Under the pieces are notes generated by a model. It made no database searches, had not been told where the DNA came from, and was given only the letters and a program-made list of their open reading frames with translations. Positions 1 to 13,032 of a stretch of 64,000 nt of DNA are shown piece by piece; position 1 is the first letter of the stretch, and each line of letters opens with the position of its first letter. Source of the stretch: Lama guanicoe (taxonomy: Eukaryota); contig MU054391.1 of NCBI GenBank assembly GCA_013239625.1, positions 3,191,130 to 3,255,129 of the forward strand, written 5' to 3'. A program made the translations under genes and the position numbers.

Positions 1-702
1 TATTAAAAGAGGACTCAGTTAGAAAAAAGAGAGAGAATAAATGAGTGCAATGTGAGCAAGGAGGATGTGCTTCTGATAAATGCTGGGGTTAGGAAACCAG
101 CTGTCTCCCGCGCAGGGCTCCGTGGAGAGGGGGCTGCTTAGAGGAGACACGGGGCTGAGTTGGGGCAAAGGGGTGGACGTCACCTTCCTGGAAGAGTGTA
201 ATGATACGGGGGACTTTCTGGTTATCAGTTAGAAGCTGTCGTTTCCCAGGACGTAGCAACAGGCATAGGCGGTGCGGCTTGACCCAAGGCAGGGAAATAG
301 AGCAATGATGAAGAGATGGTGTGGTGGAGGACCAATGCTCAGATGGCAGGCACATATGTATACATACCATTATTTTAAGTATTTTTATATAATCAAATCT
401 GTTAACTACTGTATTATCTTTGCCATTTTTGTGAATGTGCAACTATTTTTGCAAATACATTTTATTTTTAAATTATTTAAAAAATAAAAGAACTGTTGAG
501 TATGAAAGCTAACTGAGAGAGGACATTGACACAAACGTCACACCGGTCACTGATCCAAGTGCCCTCCGCACCTCAGCAACCTTTTAATAAAATGCATTTT
601 CTCATGGAATATTCATAATAGCAGTCAGCATCTTTCCTGAGAACCTCAACAGATGTGTCTCACCGGGGAGCATCTGAGGCCTTCTGGAGCCTGCAGAAAT
701 TC

Positions 703-854
703 TCATATGTATTGATGGCAATGGGAATTCAAATGAACAGAGTGTAAAGTAGCAGATGTGTCAGGATGGATTTGAGCAGACTCCAAGTTCTGGAAGACAT
801 TCCAACTGACAGCCTTCCATATTGTGCAAGGTTCGCTCCCAGTGTCTCCTTCTC
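703..854 (-). pseudogene. Putative terminal coding exon remnant
   Basis: ctgtcctgtaacttctcag acceptor; stops at 761-763 or 703-705 depending on frame; AATAAA on minus strand at 461-466. Confidence 0.4.
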
Positions 855-974
855 CTGAGAAGTTACAGGACAGTAGGAGGCACGAACAAAGACATTCTCA
901 CCTGCTTCCACACAGACGTCTTTAGTCCATTTTTTTTACCACCCACGTGTCTTGGGTTGTGGAGCCCGCTGGCC

Positions 975-1000
975 CCTCTCTCTGTCTCTGTCTGTCTCTG

Positions 1001-1031
<31 letters not shown>

Positions 1032-1032
1032 G
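975..1032. repeat. (TCTCTG/TC)n microsatellite
   Basis: Direct reading of the sequence. Confidence 0.9.
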
Positions 1033-1185
1033 TCCTTAACATCACTGAGTCCCACACCACAAAACAGCAGGCAGCCTGGGTCAGGCGCCTGGTACCCACT
1101 CAGACCAAGAATGTCAAGAAGCCATACAGTTAGATTACAGAATTGCAGAAACAAGTCTAAATTCAGGAATCCCTAACTACTTCAC

Positions 1186-1278
1186 TTTTCATCTCCAGCA
1201 TTAAGTCTGCCAGAATGGTCTGGCAAACCCAAAGCTCCGCTGGTATGACTAACACTTTCCAAGGATGACTCTCCATCT
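1186..1278 (-). pseudogene. Pseudo-exon, 93 nt
   Basis: ggttttcctag acceptor, gtgaag donor, open in two frames (DGESSLES...; EMESHPWKVLVIP...). Confidence 0.45.
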
Positions 1279-2514
1279 CTAGGAAAACCACTTAACTTGA
1301 CTACAAAGATTTGTTCTAAAATCCTGAAAAGTCCCAACAAGTTAAGGACACCGAAAAAGTTTAATGCGTTTTGAAGTTGATTTTCTGGTACTAAATTAAT
1401 CTGAATAATGCATGTGTGTGTGTTATTCACACTCGCGTTCACAGAGTTTTCATGTATTCACACGTGTGATCCTCACCACGGGGCCAAAGGGCCACAACGC
1501 GGGATCAGCATGACCTCCCCTCTGTCAGTTCTGGGTACCAGAGACCCTGGACTTTCCTGCCTCTCTGCCCTGAGTCTCCACAAGGCCCTGAAGATGTGCG
1601 GAATTCTCTTTTCTGGCCTCAGTGACACGTTGTGCTGTCATTTTGCAGACCCAGGTCTGGGGAGCCAGTAAGGGGAGGTGGTGCGCTTGGCACAGCCCCG
1701 GGGGCTGGAGCCCCCCCACAAAGGTGCCACCATAAGGGGGGGACCTGGGCTGGGGAGAGAAGAGGGGCTGCAGCCTCCATTTCTGCTCTCAGGAGAAGTG
1801 ATACTTTCATCGAAAGGTCCTCCTTCAATTAGAGTAAAACATAAAAGGAAAGGCCCAAGTAGAAAGGGGATGTGGATGTGGCTGATGATCAGACACACAT
1901 TCAGAAGGCCGTGGCCGTTGCTGAGGCCATTGATAAAGTCAGATCCGGCAAGCTACGGGTGCGTGTGGGTGGCTGGAGGAGCCCAGGTTAGCTGGCATCT
2001 CACACCCATGCTGGGGCTGCTTAAATGGGGGAGATGTGATTGCAGAAGTCCAAACTCTGCTCCCCAGGGGCAACCTGGTCTTTACAGTGGGTTTTGCTCT
2101 TTGCTGAAAAGGCAATGTGGCATCCACGGATTAATATGAACTTGAAGGTCAAATAAATTTATATAGTGACTCTGATACTTTTATCAACTGACGGACTTTG
2201 TACTAAAAATGTATCGTCTAGGAGTCTTGACTCTCGCTGTCTTATAGGAATAATACAGAGTCACATGAAGACGGGAGAAGATTCCGGGTCAGGAGCCCAA
2301 CAAGGCAGCAGCTCTCACCCTGGCCCCACACTAACCTCTGGGGCAGCATCCGTCGTCTCTGCCCCAGGTCTGCATCCGTCCATGAGTATTTTCACACCTA
2401 CTGTGTCTGCAGGAAGAAACCAGCCCTAAGTAGGAAGGAGAAAATGTAACACTTAGAAGGTGTCCAGGGTGGGCTAGACAACAAATTCTGGGGCTGTTCT
2501 TACACCACCACCAC

Positions 2515-2660
2515 CATCATCATTTCATATTTACGGCTGAAAATATAAAAGCTACAAAAAATGAAATATCTTGACACCATGCAGCCAGTAAATGGAGGAG
2601 CTGAGATTCAAAACCAGATCCATCTAAACGCAGTCCAGCTTCTTTCTGTTGTCCCACTAT
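2515..2660 (-). mobile_element. MIR SINE remnant
   Basis: Decayed MIR core (cagccagtaaatggaggagctgagattcaaa). Confidence 0.55.
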
Positions 2661-3949
2661 CAGGGGACTACGTGACCTGGAAACCAATGAAGGGCTGAAA
2701 TTATAAGACCTAAGTCAACTTCTCGTTAGCAGAATTAGCATTGATGTAATGCTTAGATGAATACGCTTCAGTCTACGAGATATTTTATGCAGTGACACAG
2801 ATAAAGCACCAGAACACTGTGAAGAAAGAGTTCTATTTCTGGATTATATTTTCCTAAGAAAGTTAGTTAACTTCCTGGACCTTAGTTTCCTGAGCTGTGG
2901 GGAAAAAAAATACCAAAAACCAAAAATCAAACAAACAAAAATCCCTGGAAGCAGTCTTGGAGGCTCCCCGCGCAGCAGGACTGCAGAGCTATTCTGGGCA
3001 CTTTCTCTGCGCAGCCCAGTAATCCCACACATTATCCAAGCTCTGCACCCAAAGCAGCTGTGCCGCAGGAAGGTGCCACAAGTTAGCCTCTGAGGATGAG
3101 GGTAGCTTTCAAATCAAATGGTATCCTAAGTCCCTATGGCTCTAAAATTATACATTTCTAATTTATCTCCAGAAGAAAATGAAAAGTTAAAAAAATTTAT
3201 TGCATAAGTTTGCGGTATACATCTATATAAATAATGTTTTCTTTCTTCCAGGAATTTCTAAGAAATTGGTAGAAGCATAAAGTCTATCATTGACTTAAAT
3301 ACATAGTTTCAAATGACGTTTCTCAAGAATTCACACTTAAGCCAATCTGTGAGTAGAATGAAGCTGGGATCCTGCGAGTAGACAAATAAACCAAAAAAAA
3401 ATGTATTAGAAATTGTTCATAATATAATGTTGTGTGTGAAAAGCATAGAACGAAAGTTGTATGTTCAGCATGATCTAAATAATAATAAAGTATATATAAA
3501 TATGAGCAGAGGAGGAAAAAAGATATTATACCAAAATGGTTTTCACAGTTTTTCTTCTGGAAACTGAGATCATGGAATTTAGAATTTTTCTTTCTATATT
3601 TTGTAGCCTCCAAAATTTCAGTTACAGATTTTTATAAGAAAAAAAATTCTTACTTTAAAATAAGAATAAGAGGCTTACTAAGAATATAATTACTTTAGTA
3701 TTTATTAGACTGAAAAGAGCTCTCAAACCTTAACAGGAGTTTAAGCACATCAGTGGTGCGTTCTGTCTGCGCCTTGAAGAGTCGAAGCCCCCGCCCGGAC
3801 CGCACGCGCTCAGAGAACTCTACCAGCAGCATCTGAAGTTCAGGAACCGTGATTCATATCTGTGCCAATAAACGCGGACGATTAGGTGGCTTCCTTTATT
3901 TTATTACTTTTTCTGCTCCGATTCTGGCTCTTTTCCCACTGGGGATTAC

Positions 3950-4012
3950 CCCGGATAAAAGCCCTTGATCCTTGTTTTCCAAGTATGTGTGTGAACATTC
4001 TGTGAACTTGAC
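3950..4012 (-). pseudogene. Pseudo-exon, 63 nt
   Basis: cag acceptor with poor pyrimidine tract, gtaatc donor, frame-preserving and open in two frames. Confidence 0.35.
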
Positions 4013-4556
4013 CTGTCTGGCCACCCTGAGCCTGCCATGGGAACCCAGGCCGTGAGGCTCCGCCGGGGAGGGTGGGGAGTGCGGGGGACACTGCCACGTC
4101 CAGGGCTGGGCTTGGGGACAGCAGGGACAGAGGGAAGGGCAGCCCAGGGGGTGAGTCAGGGAGACAGCGTTACTCCCTGGCCTGCTGACCTTTTCCCTGG
4201 GGGACAGAAGACGTTCACAGGCGTGGCCTTGGCGAGGTACCACTTTCAACATCTTTGTATTTTTGACCCCGCTCGTCACACACACTGCCCTCCTTGCTTC
4301 GAACAGCTATGGGAATGGCAAACTTCATGCTCCACCCCTTGCTGCATTTATATGGACACATGCACACATCCATCTCAGCAGCGTAAATGAAATTTCAGGA
4401 AAAGCAGCCCCAGCATCTTATGCCAGAGACGCCCCACCCGGGCGCCTGCACTTCTCTGTGTAGGGAACATGGCCAGTGTAAATCCATAACATTCCTTTGA
4501 GGCCAGGGGCAGAGAAAGAGGAAACTGCAAACCTGTGATGTACAGAGAATTCTTAC

Positions 4557-4679
4557 CGTAGCCTGATGGCTTCTTTGTGGGAGTAAAAATCCAAGGATAA
4601 AAAGAGGTTAAAGTGTTCTGTCTGGCTGAAGGATTCTGCCTCATCTTCAATATGCTTAATGGACCATTCAGGTAATAGT
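4557..4679 (-). pseudogene. Pseudo-exon, SH2-like C-half (LLPEWSIKHIEDEAESFSQTEHFNLFLSLDFYSHKEAIRL)
   Basis: acatctttcag acceptor, gtaaga donor, 123 nt; IKHI and F..L..L.FY resemble SH2 betaD and alphaB. Confidence 0.6.
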
Positions 4680-5538
4680 CTGAAAGATGTCACTGCGGTG
4701 GAACACGTGACCAGAGAAGAGGCCGTGGCCTCTCCCTGCTGTTGCTGCTGGAGCCGGAATCGGCCCCCGCCCGGCGCGATTACGGGCCGTCTCAGCCATG
4801 GAGCCCCTTGGTCCCGGGCAGCTCGTAAGTCCCATTAAGTACACATGGCATGACCCTCCGCCCCTGTAACCAGGGGACTCCTGGAGAGGAAGACGCAGTG
4901 TTAGAAGTCCCTGCGATGTGTGACGCTACTAACATGTTGTAGGGCAGGGAGAACGGCCAGTACCTTCGAGTGAATCAAACATAGCAAAGCATAAGCAGGA
5001 TGAATTCTGCATCCGGGATGCGGTGACCGACCGTGGAGACTGTGTGCACAGGGACCACACTGCTCTGCAGGAAGCCCCTCCGTGTGGCACTTGAAAATAC
5101 CAGGGCCTGTGGACGACGGATGTCAGCTTCGTGTCTGTATTGATTCTTTATTCTTTCTGAATGGAACGTGACTATAAATAAAACCTTGACCTTCACAGGA
5201 AGAGCTCTGCCCAGAGCCCCCTTTGTTTGCGGAGGCTGCCAGGTTCCCTTCTGCGAAGATCCAGCCTGAGTGGGACATGAAAAAGGCCCGCCATTTTCTG
5301 TCGGAGATTCAGAAAACCCTTTCATTTTTCTTTCTTTAAATATAAACTCTGTATCCCTTCTGTCAGAAGCAAAGAAAAGCCCAGTGGGTACCTGAGCTGT
5401 GGCACCACCTCCCCGGCCGAGATGAAGGCGCGTTTGTAAGCACTGTGCCTGGTGACGGCGGGGGAGGGGCGGGGCCTGGATGGAAAGTCAGCGCCTCATC
5501 CCTGATCACACCAGCAGCCCCGCCAGAATCTTGACACT

Positions 5539-5591
5539 GTTTTGTTTGTTTGTTTGTTTGTTTGTTTAATTTTTATTTTTATTATTTTTTT
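5539..5591. repeat. (TTTG)n plus T-rich tract
   Basis: Direct reading. Confidence 0.85.
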
Positions 5592-5760
5592 CCACATCAG
5601 AGCATAGAACTGAACACAACTTGGGAATAAAATCAGCATGGCAGGCTAAAAGAAAGGAGAGAGGGTAAAAGGAGGGAGCGCAAAGACGAGACTGAAAAGG
5701 AAGGTTCTGAAAACAGAGGAACAGGGGAAATGGCTCAGCTGGGGCTGCCGAGAACCTTAC

Positions 5761-5903
5761 TCGTCTTCAAATGCACACGTGCAGACTGCCCCCTCCCTTG
5801 ACCAGGCTGACAGCGAATTAGAGCTGGATGCTTAAAATATCTTCATTGTTTTGGAAAAACTTTCAGTTTGGGCTTTAAGTTTTCAGGAAACTCTGGATTA
5901 CAT
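5761..5903 (-). pseudogene. Pseudo-exon, SH2-like N-half (CNPEFPENLKPKLKVFPKQ*RYFKHPALIRCQPG...)
   Basis: tatttttaattttag acceptor, gtaagg donor; ALIR resembles SH2 FLVR; best frame has one stop. Confidence 0.5.
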
Positions 5904-6990
5904 CTAAAATTAAAAATACACACAGCCTGAGAGGCCCCGTAGTAGGGGTGATGGAGGTGGTATCTGAAGCCGGGCAGCTCTCTTAAGTCCCAGCTTTGTA
6001 CTGAGAGCTGTGCAAACATTTGTAAGGGTCTTAATGGTGCCTCACGTTTCTCATCAGAAAATGGACCAGCAGTTCAAACTAAGTGGCTCAGTGCAGGGAA
6101 CACACGGAGAATAGCATCTGACTCAGTAAATATTAGCTGTTAGTACTGTTTAATTATCGAGAAGAATCCAGAAGTTCAGTGAAACCTCGCTGGATCACTG
6201 GGGACACCGAGGACATGACAGGTGAGTGAGGAAGTTCATTTACAGAGGGCTGAGATTGTGTATTACTATACACATGTATAAAATATACCTATTTTTAAAG
6301 GCTCATGCACATTTCATAACCTGGATTGATAAATTGTGTATACCAAATGAAGATAATTTAAGGAACGTTAAAAAAACAATGGATGTAAACGAATGTGCTA
6401 AAAATTCTTCAAAATGATCTGTCAAGTAGTTAATTATTTCTTAGCTTTCAGTTTGGTGTTAAACTTGCTTGAGCGTGCATTGAGAACAGTTTAAACAGCT
6501 AGAGTAAACATGGTCTCAAGTTCCAAATGACTGGATACTTCATAAATTCACATTTTTTTCTGCATTAGCTGCTGGTTAAAGGATGTGAAATTCTATATGA
6601 GGGCTGCAGGCTGTAGGTAGGAGTTGATAACAGGAAAAGGAGAGAAGTCCCAGGAGACTGGAAATTGTGCTCAGGGCCAATTCTAATCGCTTAAAAAGAG
6701 AACCTAGAGTTTAGATATTTGATTTCCAGAGCAGATTTTTTTCCTTCCCCTCCTTTTCTGTCTTCCTTTTCTCTTTCCATCCCTCTCACCCCTCTCCCCA
6801 AAATGTAAATGACTTGTTATGTGCTTTGGAGCAGTCAGAGAAAGGAGAAAAGGCTTTGCAGCCGAGGAGGTGACATCTGACCTGGACTTGTAATATAGAA
6901 TTCTTTTTTATTTTTATTTTTTTCTAATTTAAGAGAAATCCTATTGTGAGGGCCACTGTTTTACAAGCCCACTAAGGAATAAAACTTCAC

Positions 6991-7056
6991 TCCAGGTACG
7001 TTCTCGTGTACTGTCAACTTGAAATTTGGAACTTTCAGAAAATAAACTATTGAATG
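6991..7056 (-). pseudogene. Pseudo-exon before the SH2-like region (AFNSLFSESSKFQVDSTRERTW)
   Basis: gtctctttttcag acceptor, gtgaag donor, 66 nt, open. Confidence 0.4.
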
Positions 7057-7099
7057 CTGAAAAAGAGACAAATGTGAGAAGCGTCTGAAAATGTGTGAC

Positions 7100-7413
7100 G
7101 GTGGACTCGCGCTTTTGGCCAAGATGGAGCATTAGGGATCAGATGACTCTCTCTAAATAAATAACCCCAAAAATGGAGACTATTGAAACAATGGAGACTA
7201 TATGAAACAAAGTTTTTCAGGACCCTGTCCCTCAGGAGACAAGAAATGGTGGTACCTGAGAGATGGGAAACAAACCTGGTGGACCCTCAGATCTCCCATC
7301 GGGTAGCCCTCAGAAAGTTCCAGGGCCTGGAGCAGGAGGGGAAGCCAGCAGACAGACTCCCCAAGGTGCGGGGACAGAGCTGAGAGTCTGGGACACTGAG
7401 CAGCTTGCATTCT
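7100..7413 (+). mobile_element. Old L1M 5' region fragment
   Basis: 'gcttttggccaagatggag' start typical of old L1M 5' ends; L1 sequence resumes beyond the LTR. Confidence 0.45.
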
Positions 7414-7912
7414 TGTTCCTGAGTCCAAACTTGCTCTGCTCGCTGCAAGACAGGCCAGCAAATTGGGAGATGAGATGTTGGGGCAAGGAACAGTAACTTT
7501 TTGGAAAGCCAGCTGACTGAGAAAATGGCAGACTAATGTCCTGGAGAACCATCTTGCCCAAATCAGACTTCAGGCTCCTTTTATACTAAACAGGGTGGCA
7601 TGGTTGGTTGTTGCAAACATCTTGGTGTTGGAATCCTTTGTTCTTGCAGCTGTCCATGTGGCTCAGGTCATGATGTTCCTGTAAGCCTCCAACAAGACAA
7701 ATGTTATTCTCTTTTCTGCGACTGGTTATCCCTATATGAATGGAAAAATGTTACCTGCTTAAAGATTAGAGCCCTGAGAACGGGCTCTTCTGTATATTTC
7801 AGGCTCTAGGCAACACTCTCTCGCAAAAGGTGCAGAACCAGCGTGACTCAGCACAGGGTTAGAGCTCAACAAACAGATGTCATATGGAGTCAGATTTGCT
7901 CTTCCCTAGTAT
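7414..7912 (-). mobile_element. ERV1-type solo LTR inserted in L1
   Basis: Begins tgttcctgagtcc (reverse of a ...ggaaca LTR end); about 500 bp of LTR-like composition; terminus resembles that of the LTR at 15971. Confidence 0.6.
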
Positions 7913-8169
7913 GCTCTCGGTGAGAGTGTGGAATAGAGCGACACAGACGAAGCCCCCGAGAGATCTGCAGAAGGTCCCTGCTTCATCTTTGATGAGCGCA
8001 GACCAGCACATGCACCCGGGGCAAAGGATGAAGGTGACAGTTCCCAGGGCTCACACAGGGCCCGTATTAGTGCCTGTTCTCCCAGCCAGACAGGAGGCCC
8101 TCAGGACTTGAGTGCACTGGGTGATGTACACGGTGTCTTGCTTCAGGAGTGGAAAATCATTTCTCTAGC

Positions 8170-9005
8170 TAGGGCGTTGTTCTGTGTTCAAATGGCAAAT
8201 CACAAAAGCAACTCATCCTCAAACTTATAGTAGAAAAAAAAAAGAAATCAACATCTTGGAAGAAAAGAACTAACCTGTTAGACTCACGTGACTGGATGTA
8301 AGATATTATAAAGCTAGAGTGTTTCAGGCATGTAGTATTGAAAAAAAAAAAAGGTGACACATGGTTCATTGAAGAAGAATAGAGTCCAGAAATCAATCCA
8401 AACATATGCAGAAAATTTATTTTTGACAAAGTTGTAAAGCCAATTCAATGGAGAATGAATAATCTTTTCAACAGCGTTGAACAATTGGACATCACATGCA
8501 AAAATATGAAAAAGCAAAACATTTCTGTACTTACGTCACTCCATAAATAAAAGTAACCCTGAAATAGATCATAGAGTTAAATGTAAAACCAAAAACTACA
8601 AAACATCTTAAAGAAAACATAAATCTTAGATTAGATAAAGATTTCTCAGATACGCCATGAAAAGCACAGTACATAAAAAACAAAACAACAAAAAAAGCCC
8701 TACCAGCGTTAGAAACTTCTGCTCTTTGAAAGAAATTATCTATTAAGACAGTTAAAAAGACAGGCCACAATCTAAGAGAAAATGCTGCAAAATATATGTG
8801 TAATAGAGATTATATATCTGTAATATGTAAAGACCTCTAAAAAATCAACAGTAAGAAAATCAAAAACCCAGTTTAAAAATAATCAAAAATGCTTGTACAG
8901 AAACTTCATGAAAGAAGATATACTGACATCAAATAAGCACATGAAAAGATGCTCAACATCATGAATCATTAGAGAAATACGTACTAAAATTCATGAGATG
9001 CTGTT
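8170..9005 (+). mobile_element. L1 ORF2 3' fragment (decayed)
   Basis: A-rich L1 ORF2 motifs: gaatagagtccagaaatcaatcca, aatcttttcaaca, atgaaaagatgctcaacatc. Confidence 0.85.
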
Positions 9006-10420
9006 ATGTTTATTTTTCTCTATTTATGTGCTTTTCAGTTACCAACAATGTTGTTTTGTAGTTCATAGCATTAAATTCCTCAATAATTTGTGTCAAATTT
9101 ATTCTCAAGTATTTACGATTGTAATTAATTATATTTTCTATTCTTTGCCGCTAGCAAGAGAATAACATACAAATCTTGCAATGGTACAGATTCATCACCC
9201 TCATTATTTGCATATGCATAGTCATCTCTTGCATATGTATATATACTAAACTCTACATTTCAGTGTTAAGATGTTTGATTTAAGTCAAATTTTTAATTCA
9301 AATTTAAGTCTAATTATATTTAAGGCATGCAAATTGGTAAGTTTCATCATATGCACACACTGTGAAACCATTAGCACAATCAAGACACTGAATATTTCCA
9401 TCAGACCCAAAATATTTCTTTTGCCTCTTTGCAACCCACATCTTCTAACCCCACCTTCAGGAAACCACTGTATCTATTTTCTGTCACGATAGATTTGCAA
9501 TATTCTGTAATATCAAATAAGTGGTATCAATTTGGGGGGGTGGCTTATTTTAGTTAACATAATTATTTTGATTTATCCTTGTTTATGTTCAAAATTCGTT
9601 CATTTTTTCCTGAACAGCATTACATGTAAAATACATGTACATGCCACACAAAGCTGTTTTGCACATCTGTGTACAGTCTTTGTGGAGCTGTATGTTTTCA
9701 ATTATTTGGGGGTATGGCTAGTATATAAATAAGCATTATGTTTAACTTTTTAAGAAACTTTTAAACTCTTTTACTAACTGGCTATAGAAGTTCTCAGGCT
9801 ACATTTGCTTTTGTTCTTGAGAAATGTTTTCAGTATAACTGAAATATAATGTATGATTTAATACAGCATAATTTCCAAGCAGATAATCTGTGTTTCAATC
9901 CAGCTTATTTTAATAACTTCTTTTGGCCCAGATGTCTTTCAATATCACAGTAATTTATGTAGTTGTGTATTTTATTGTATTTAGATTTTTGGAATATACT
10001 GATTTCTTCAAATCTCTCTTCTCGTTTACTAATTCTCTTTTCAGTTGGATCTAATTTATGTTTAACATTTCCATTGTATATCTAATGCCAATTAATACAT
10101 AGTGTATTTTCAGATTCTATTTGGTTTTATAAAAAATCTTTTCAGTAATTCTTGATAATTTCTTATTCTTTTATCAATTTTCAAAACATTATTTTCTCAA
10201 CAAAATTAAATACTTATTTTTATGACACATATAAGAATTCTGTTACCGATTTTTAACATCTCTAATTGCATTGTTTTCTTTTATGATGCTTCTCTCTTTC
10301 TTTATGTATTTAGAGGTTCTTGATTATGAGTTCATGTTTTTTGAAATTTTATCTGTGAGGAGTCTTTGAACCGTTTTGTGTGTGTTTTAACAGAGAGGGT
10401 TTTTGTTTGCCCTGTAAGGT
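9006..10420 (-). mobile_element. Old L1 fragments including a 3' end
   Basis: T-rich; L1M 3' UTR motifs (gaaaccattagcacaatcaag, aaccactgtatctattttctgtcac). Confidence 0.65.
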
Positions 10421-11184
10421 GATTGGAGGTGCCACATCTCAGTTTCCATCACATTTCCTATGAGTGTCTGTCAAGTTAGAGCAGCAGGTATTCTGGAAAG
10501 GGCAGAAGCAAATATCAGATCCACATAGCAGGTGGAGATGAGGCCCTTGTAACAGACGTGTGCAACTTTGGCAATGGAAAGGGAGGACGGCTGCCCCAAT
10601 CATTCATCACACATGCAGAAATCAAACTGCGTTGTGTGTTACTTTAAATGAGAGTTCAATGTTTCCTCATCAGTAATAAGAAAGAATTGGATGACTTTAG
10701 CTGAGGCTTAAGGCTTTCCCATGTTTTAATACAGAATTCACTTGAAGTTGCTGCCAGATCTCAGGTTTAATCACTGCTCAGGGGTTCCTGCTTCTTCAGT
10801 GTCAGAATCTGAATTTCAATTTCAGCCTGTTAAGATTTAGTGCCGTGTAAATGGGAAATAACTGGAATGTCTTTATTTATAGGGCCTTATTGATTCCTAG
10901 GTAGTGATCAACTGGAATGTAAAACTGGCCACACAATTATTCCATAAAGATTACGGCCACTGGCTATCCCACTGTAGGTATTTTGTTTCACTTACACTAA
11001 GTCACTGGGGTTATGATTTATTTTATCAGCTTACTGGGTAGCTTATATTCAGTCATTGTGCCTGCATAAACCTACTAATATTCCCATCAGCATTTCAGAA
11101 CTATTTGCTGTCAGATGATGACTGTCTCATTTTCCCAGAGCAGAAAGATAAGTACAGTAGAAAATAAACATGTTAAAAAAAAAG

Positions 11185-11380
11185 TCATGGATTTGTAGTC
11201 AGATCTACCTAGTATTGAGATCTTATTTTAATCAGCTAAGTGATCTAGGAAATTTTTTTACCTTCTATAATTTTACTCAGTTATATAATGGGGATAATAA
11301 TATTGATATTTTAAGTTAATGATGGTGTAAATGCCGAGCACAGCCCCAGACACAATCTCAGATATTGGCAAACATCAGGT
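11185..11380 (+). mobile_element. MIR SINE remnant
   Basis: gtagtcagatctacctag...gtgatctagg...taatggggataataa. Confidence 0.6.
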
Positions 11381-11384
11381 CCTA

Positions 11385-11790
11385 TGTTAGTTAACTTTGC
11401 TGCAAGACCGTTTCACAACAAGCACAAAACCTAGTGGGTTAACACAACACACATTTGTTCAGCTCAGGAGTCTGTGGATCAGAGATGTAGGCTGGGCTCT
11501 GCTGGGCAGTTCCTCTGCTCTTGGCTAGGCTCAACCACGTGTCTGGAGGTCAGCTGAGTGCTGGTTAATCTAGGCTAGCCTAAGCTAGGAAACTCTATCC
11601 CACAGGTCCCTCATCTCCAGCTGGTAAACCTGAGCTTGCTGAGCATGTGGGAAGGCGAAGGCCTTGAGGTCCAAATGCAGAGCTAGTCCAGTCACTTCCA
11701 CTGTCCTGTCCTGGCCAAGGGTCATCATGCAACCACCAAAAACCAAGGGGCTGGGAAAGAGACCTGCCTCTTAGGTGGGAAGAACCACAA
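11385..11790 (-). mobile_element. MaLR MLT1-type LTR
   Basis: Characteristic reverse MLT1 text (aaaacctagtggg...agctcaggagtctgtggatcag...gctgggctctgctgggcagttc). Confidence 0.7.
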
Positions 11791-11882
11791 GAGAAAGGAG
11801 AAAGGGAGGTCTGGTGGATCGAGGCCATCAGGGCCATGGATCCACCTCCCTTCCCCTTTCTCTGGGCTTCCTGAGACTTAGC

Positions 11883-12015
11883 CTCGAAAGCACCATTCCT
11901 CATGATCACCCAGATGCACCAACCATTCTAATTTGTCCGTGGCATCCGCTTCCTACAAGTTATCTTTTGCAAGATAACTGATTTCTAAGTAGCATTTTTA
12001 GAATGAAAGCTTTCT
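11883..12015 (-). pseudogene. Pseudo-exon, PH C-terminal strand/helix (KAFILKML / EADATDKLEWLVHL)
   Basis: Strong ttttattctctgctttctaccacag acceptor; 'AF.L....DK.EW' PH signature across a frameshift; stops in all three frames; non-canonical gctaag donor. Confidence 0.6.
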
Positions 12016-13032
12016 CTGTGGTAGAAAGCAGAGAATAAAATGCAAGCGTCAGAATTTACAAAGCCTCTAAATTGCATATTATGCATTATATTTATTATGT
12101 AGACATTCCAGATATTTCCTGTGGTCTTTGATGTTCTACCAGCCTCTTCCGGTGCTCCTTCATCAGCATGATGTGTCATGGCTCCCAGGCCGAGTGTAAG
12201 GATGACAACTGCACATCCCCACCCAGTCATGCTGCTTCTTGCTGGCCATTGTCTCTCTCTCTTTAGCATCTTCCCCTGCCTAGTGGGAAGTAGCTCCCCC
12301 TCTCTGGACCAAAGCAAGGTCTTTGTAAGCCTCACTTCAAGGGAATCCCCTTTAAAAATATATGACACCATTCTCTTGTCTTATTTAGCCCATAAACTCC
12401 CCCGAGACCTATGCTTGCAAGTCTCAGTTCGACTTCCATCTTCCCCGCCTTGGTCGGATCCCTGCATTTTCTCCACTCACCCACCCTGCTCTCCACCCAG
12501 ACAGACTGTCTTCAGGTCGTACTCAGGGTAGGTGAGGGTTTGCACTGCACAGGCCGCCGTGTTTCCCTCTTTTTCCTTTGTCTGCATCCTCACCCACTTT
12601 TATGTGCTCACAGGGCTGCACGGATTCATTCCTGCGCTCAATCTTTTTCTCGCTCCTTCTTTCCTAATTGCTGTCTCCTCACTTCCTCTCTAGGGCATCA
12701 GAGACGCACAGGAGAAAACAGAGTGAGGGAGCGTTGGGGGGCCTGGAAAGGCAGGTGCTGGACTCAGAGCCTTTCTGTTCCTGGAGACCTTCGCTTATTC
12801 TTAGATGAGGTCGGGGCACAGCGAGTCTTCAATCAGCAAGGAAACAAGATCCGTCCTCACTCCTGCTCCCTTGCAGAGGTCATTTACAAGCTCTTTTCTT
12901 CCTTAGCTTCCATAATGATGCCATCATATTCTTTAATATTCTAACTTCCAGCTGTGGTTTATCGACTCATGGTCCACCAGTTGGCTCCATTTTCTACACT
13001 GGAGCAGCACCTAATTTAGTTAAGAGGGTATG

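Noticed and set aside
729..854. Hydrophobic C-terminus resembling a GPI signal (…SILTHLLLYTLFI*)
   Set aside because: This frame is not in phase with the open frames of the upstream exons and does not fit a cytosolic GEF.
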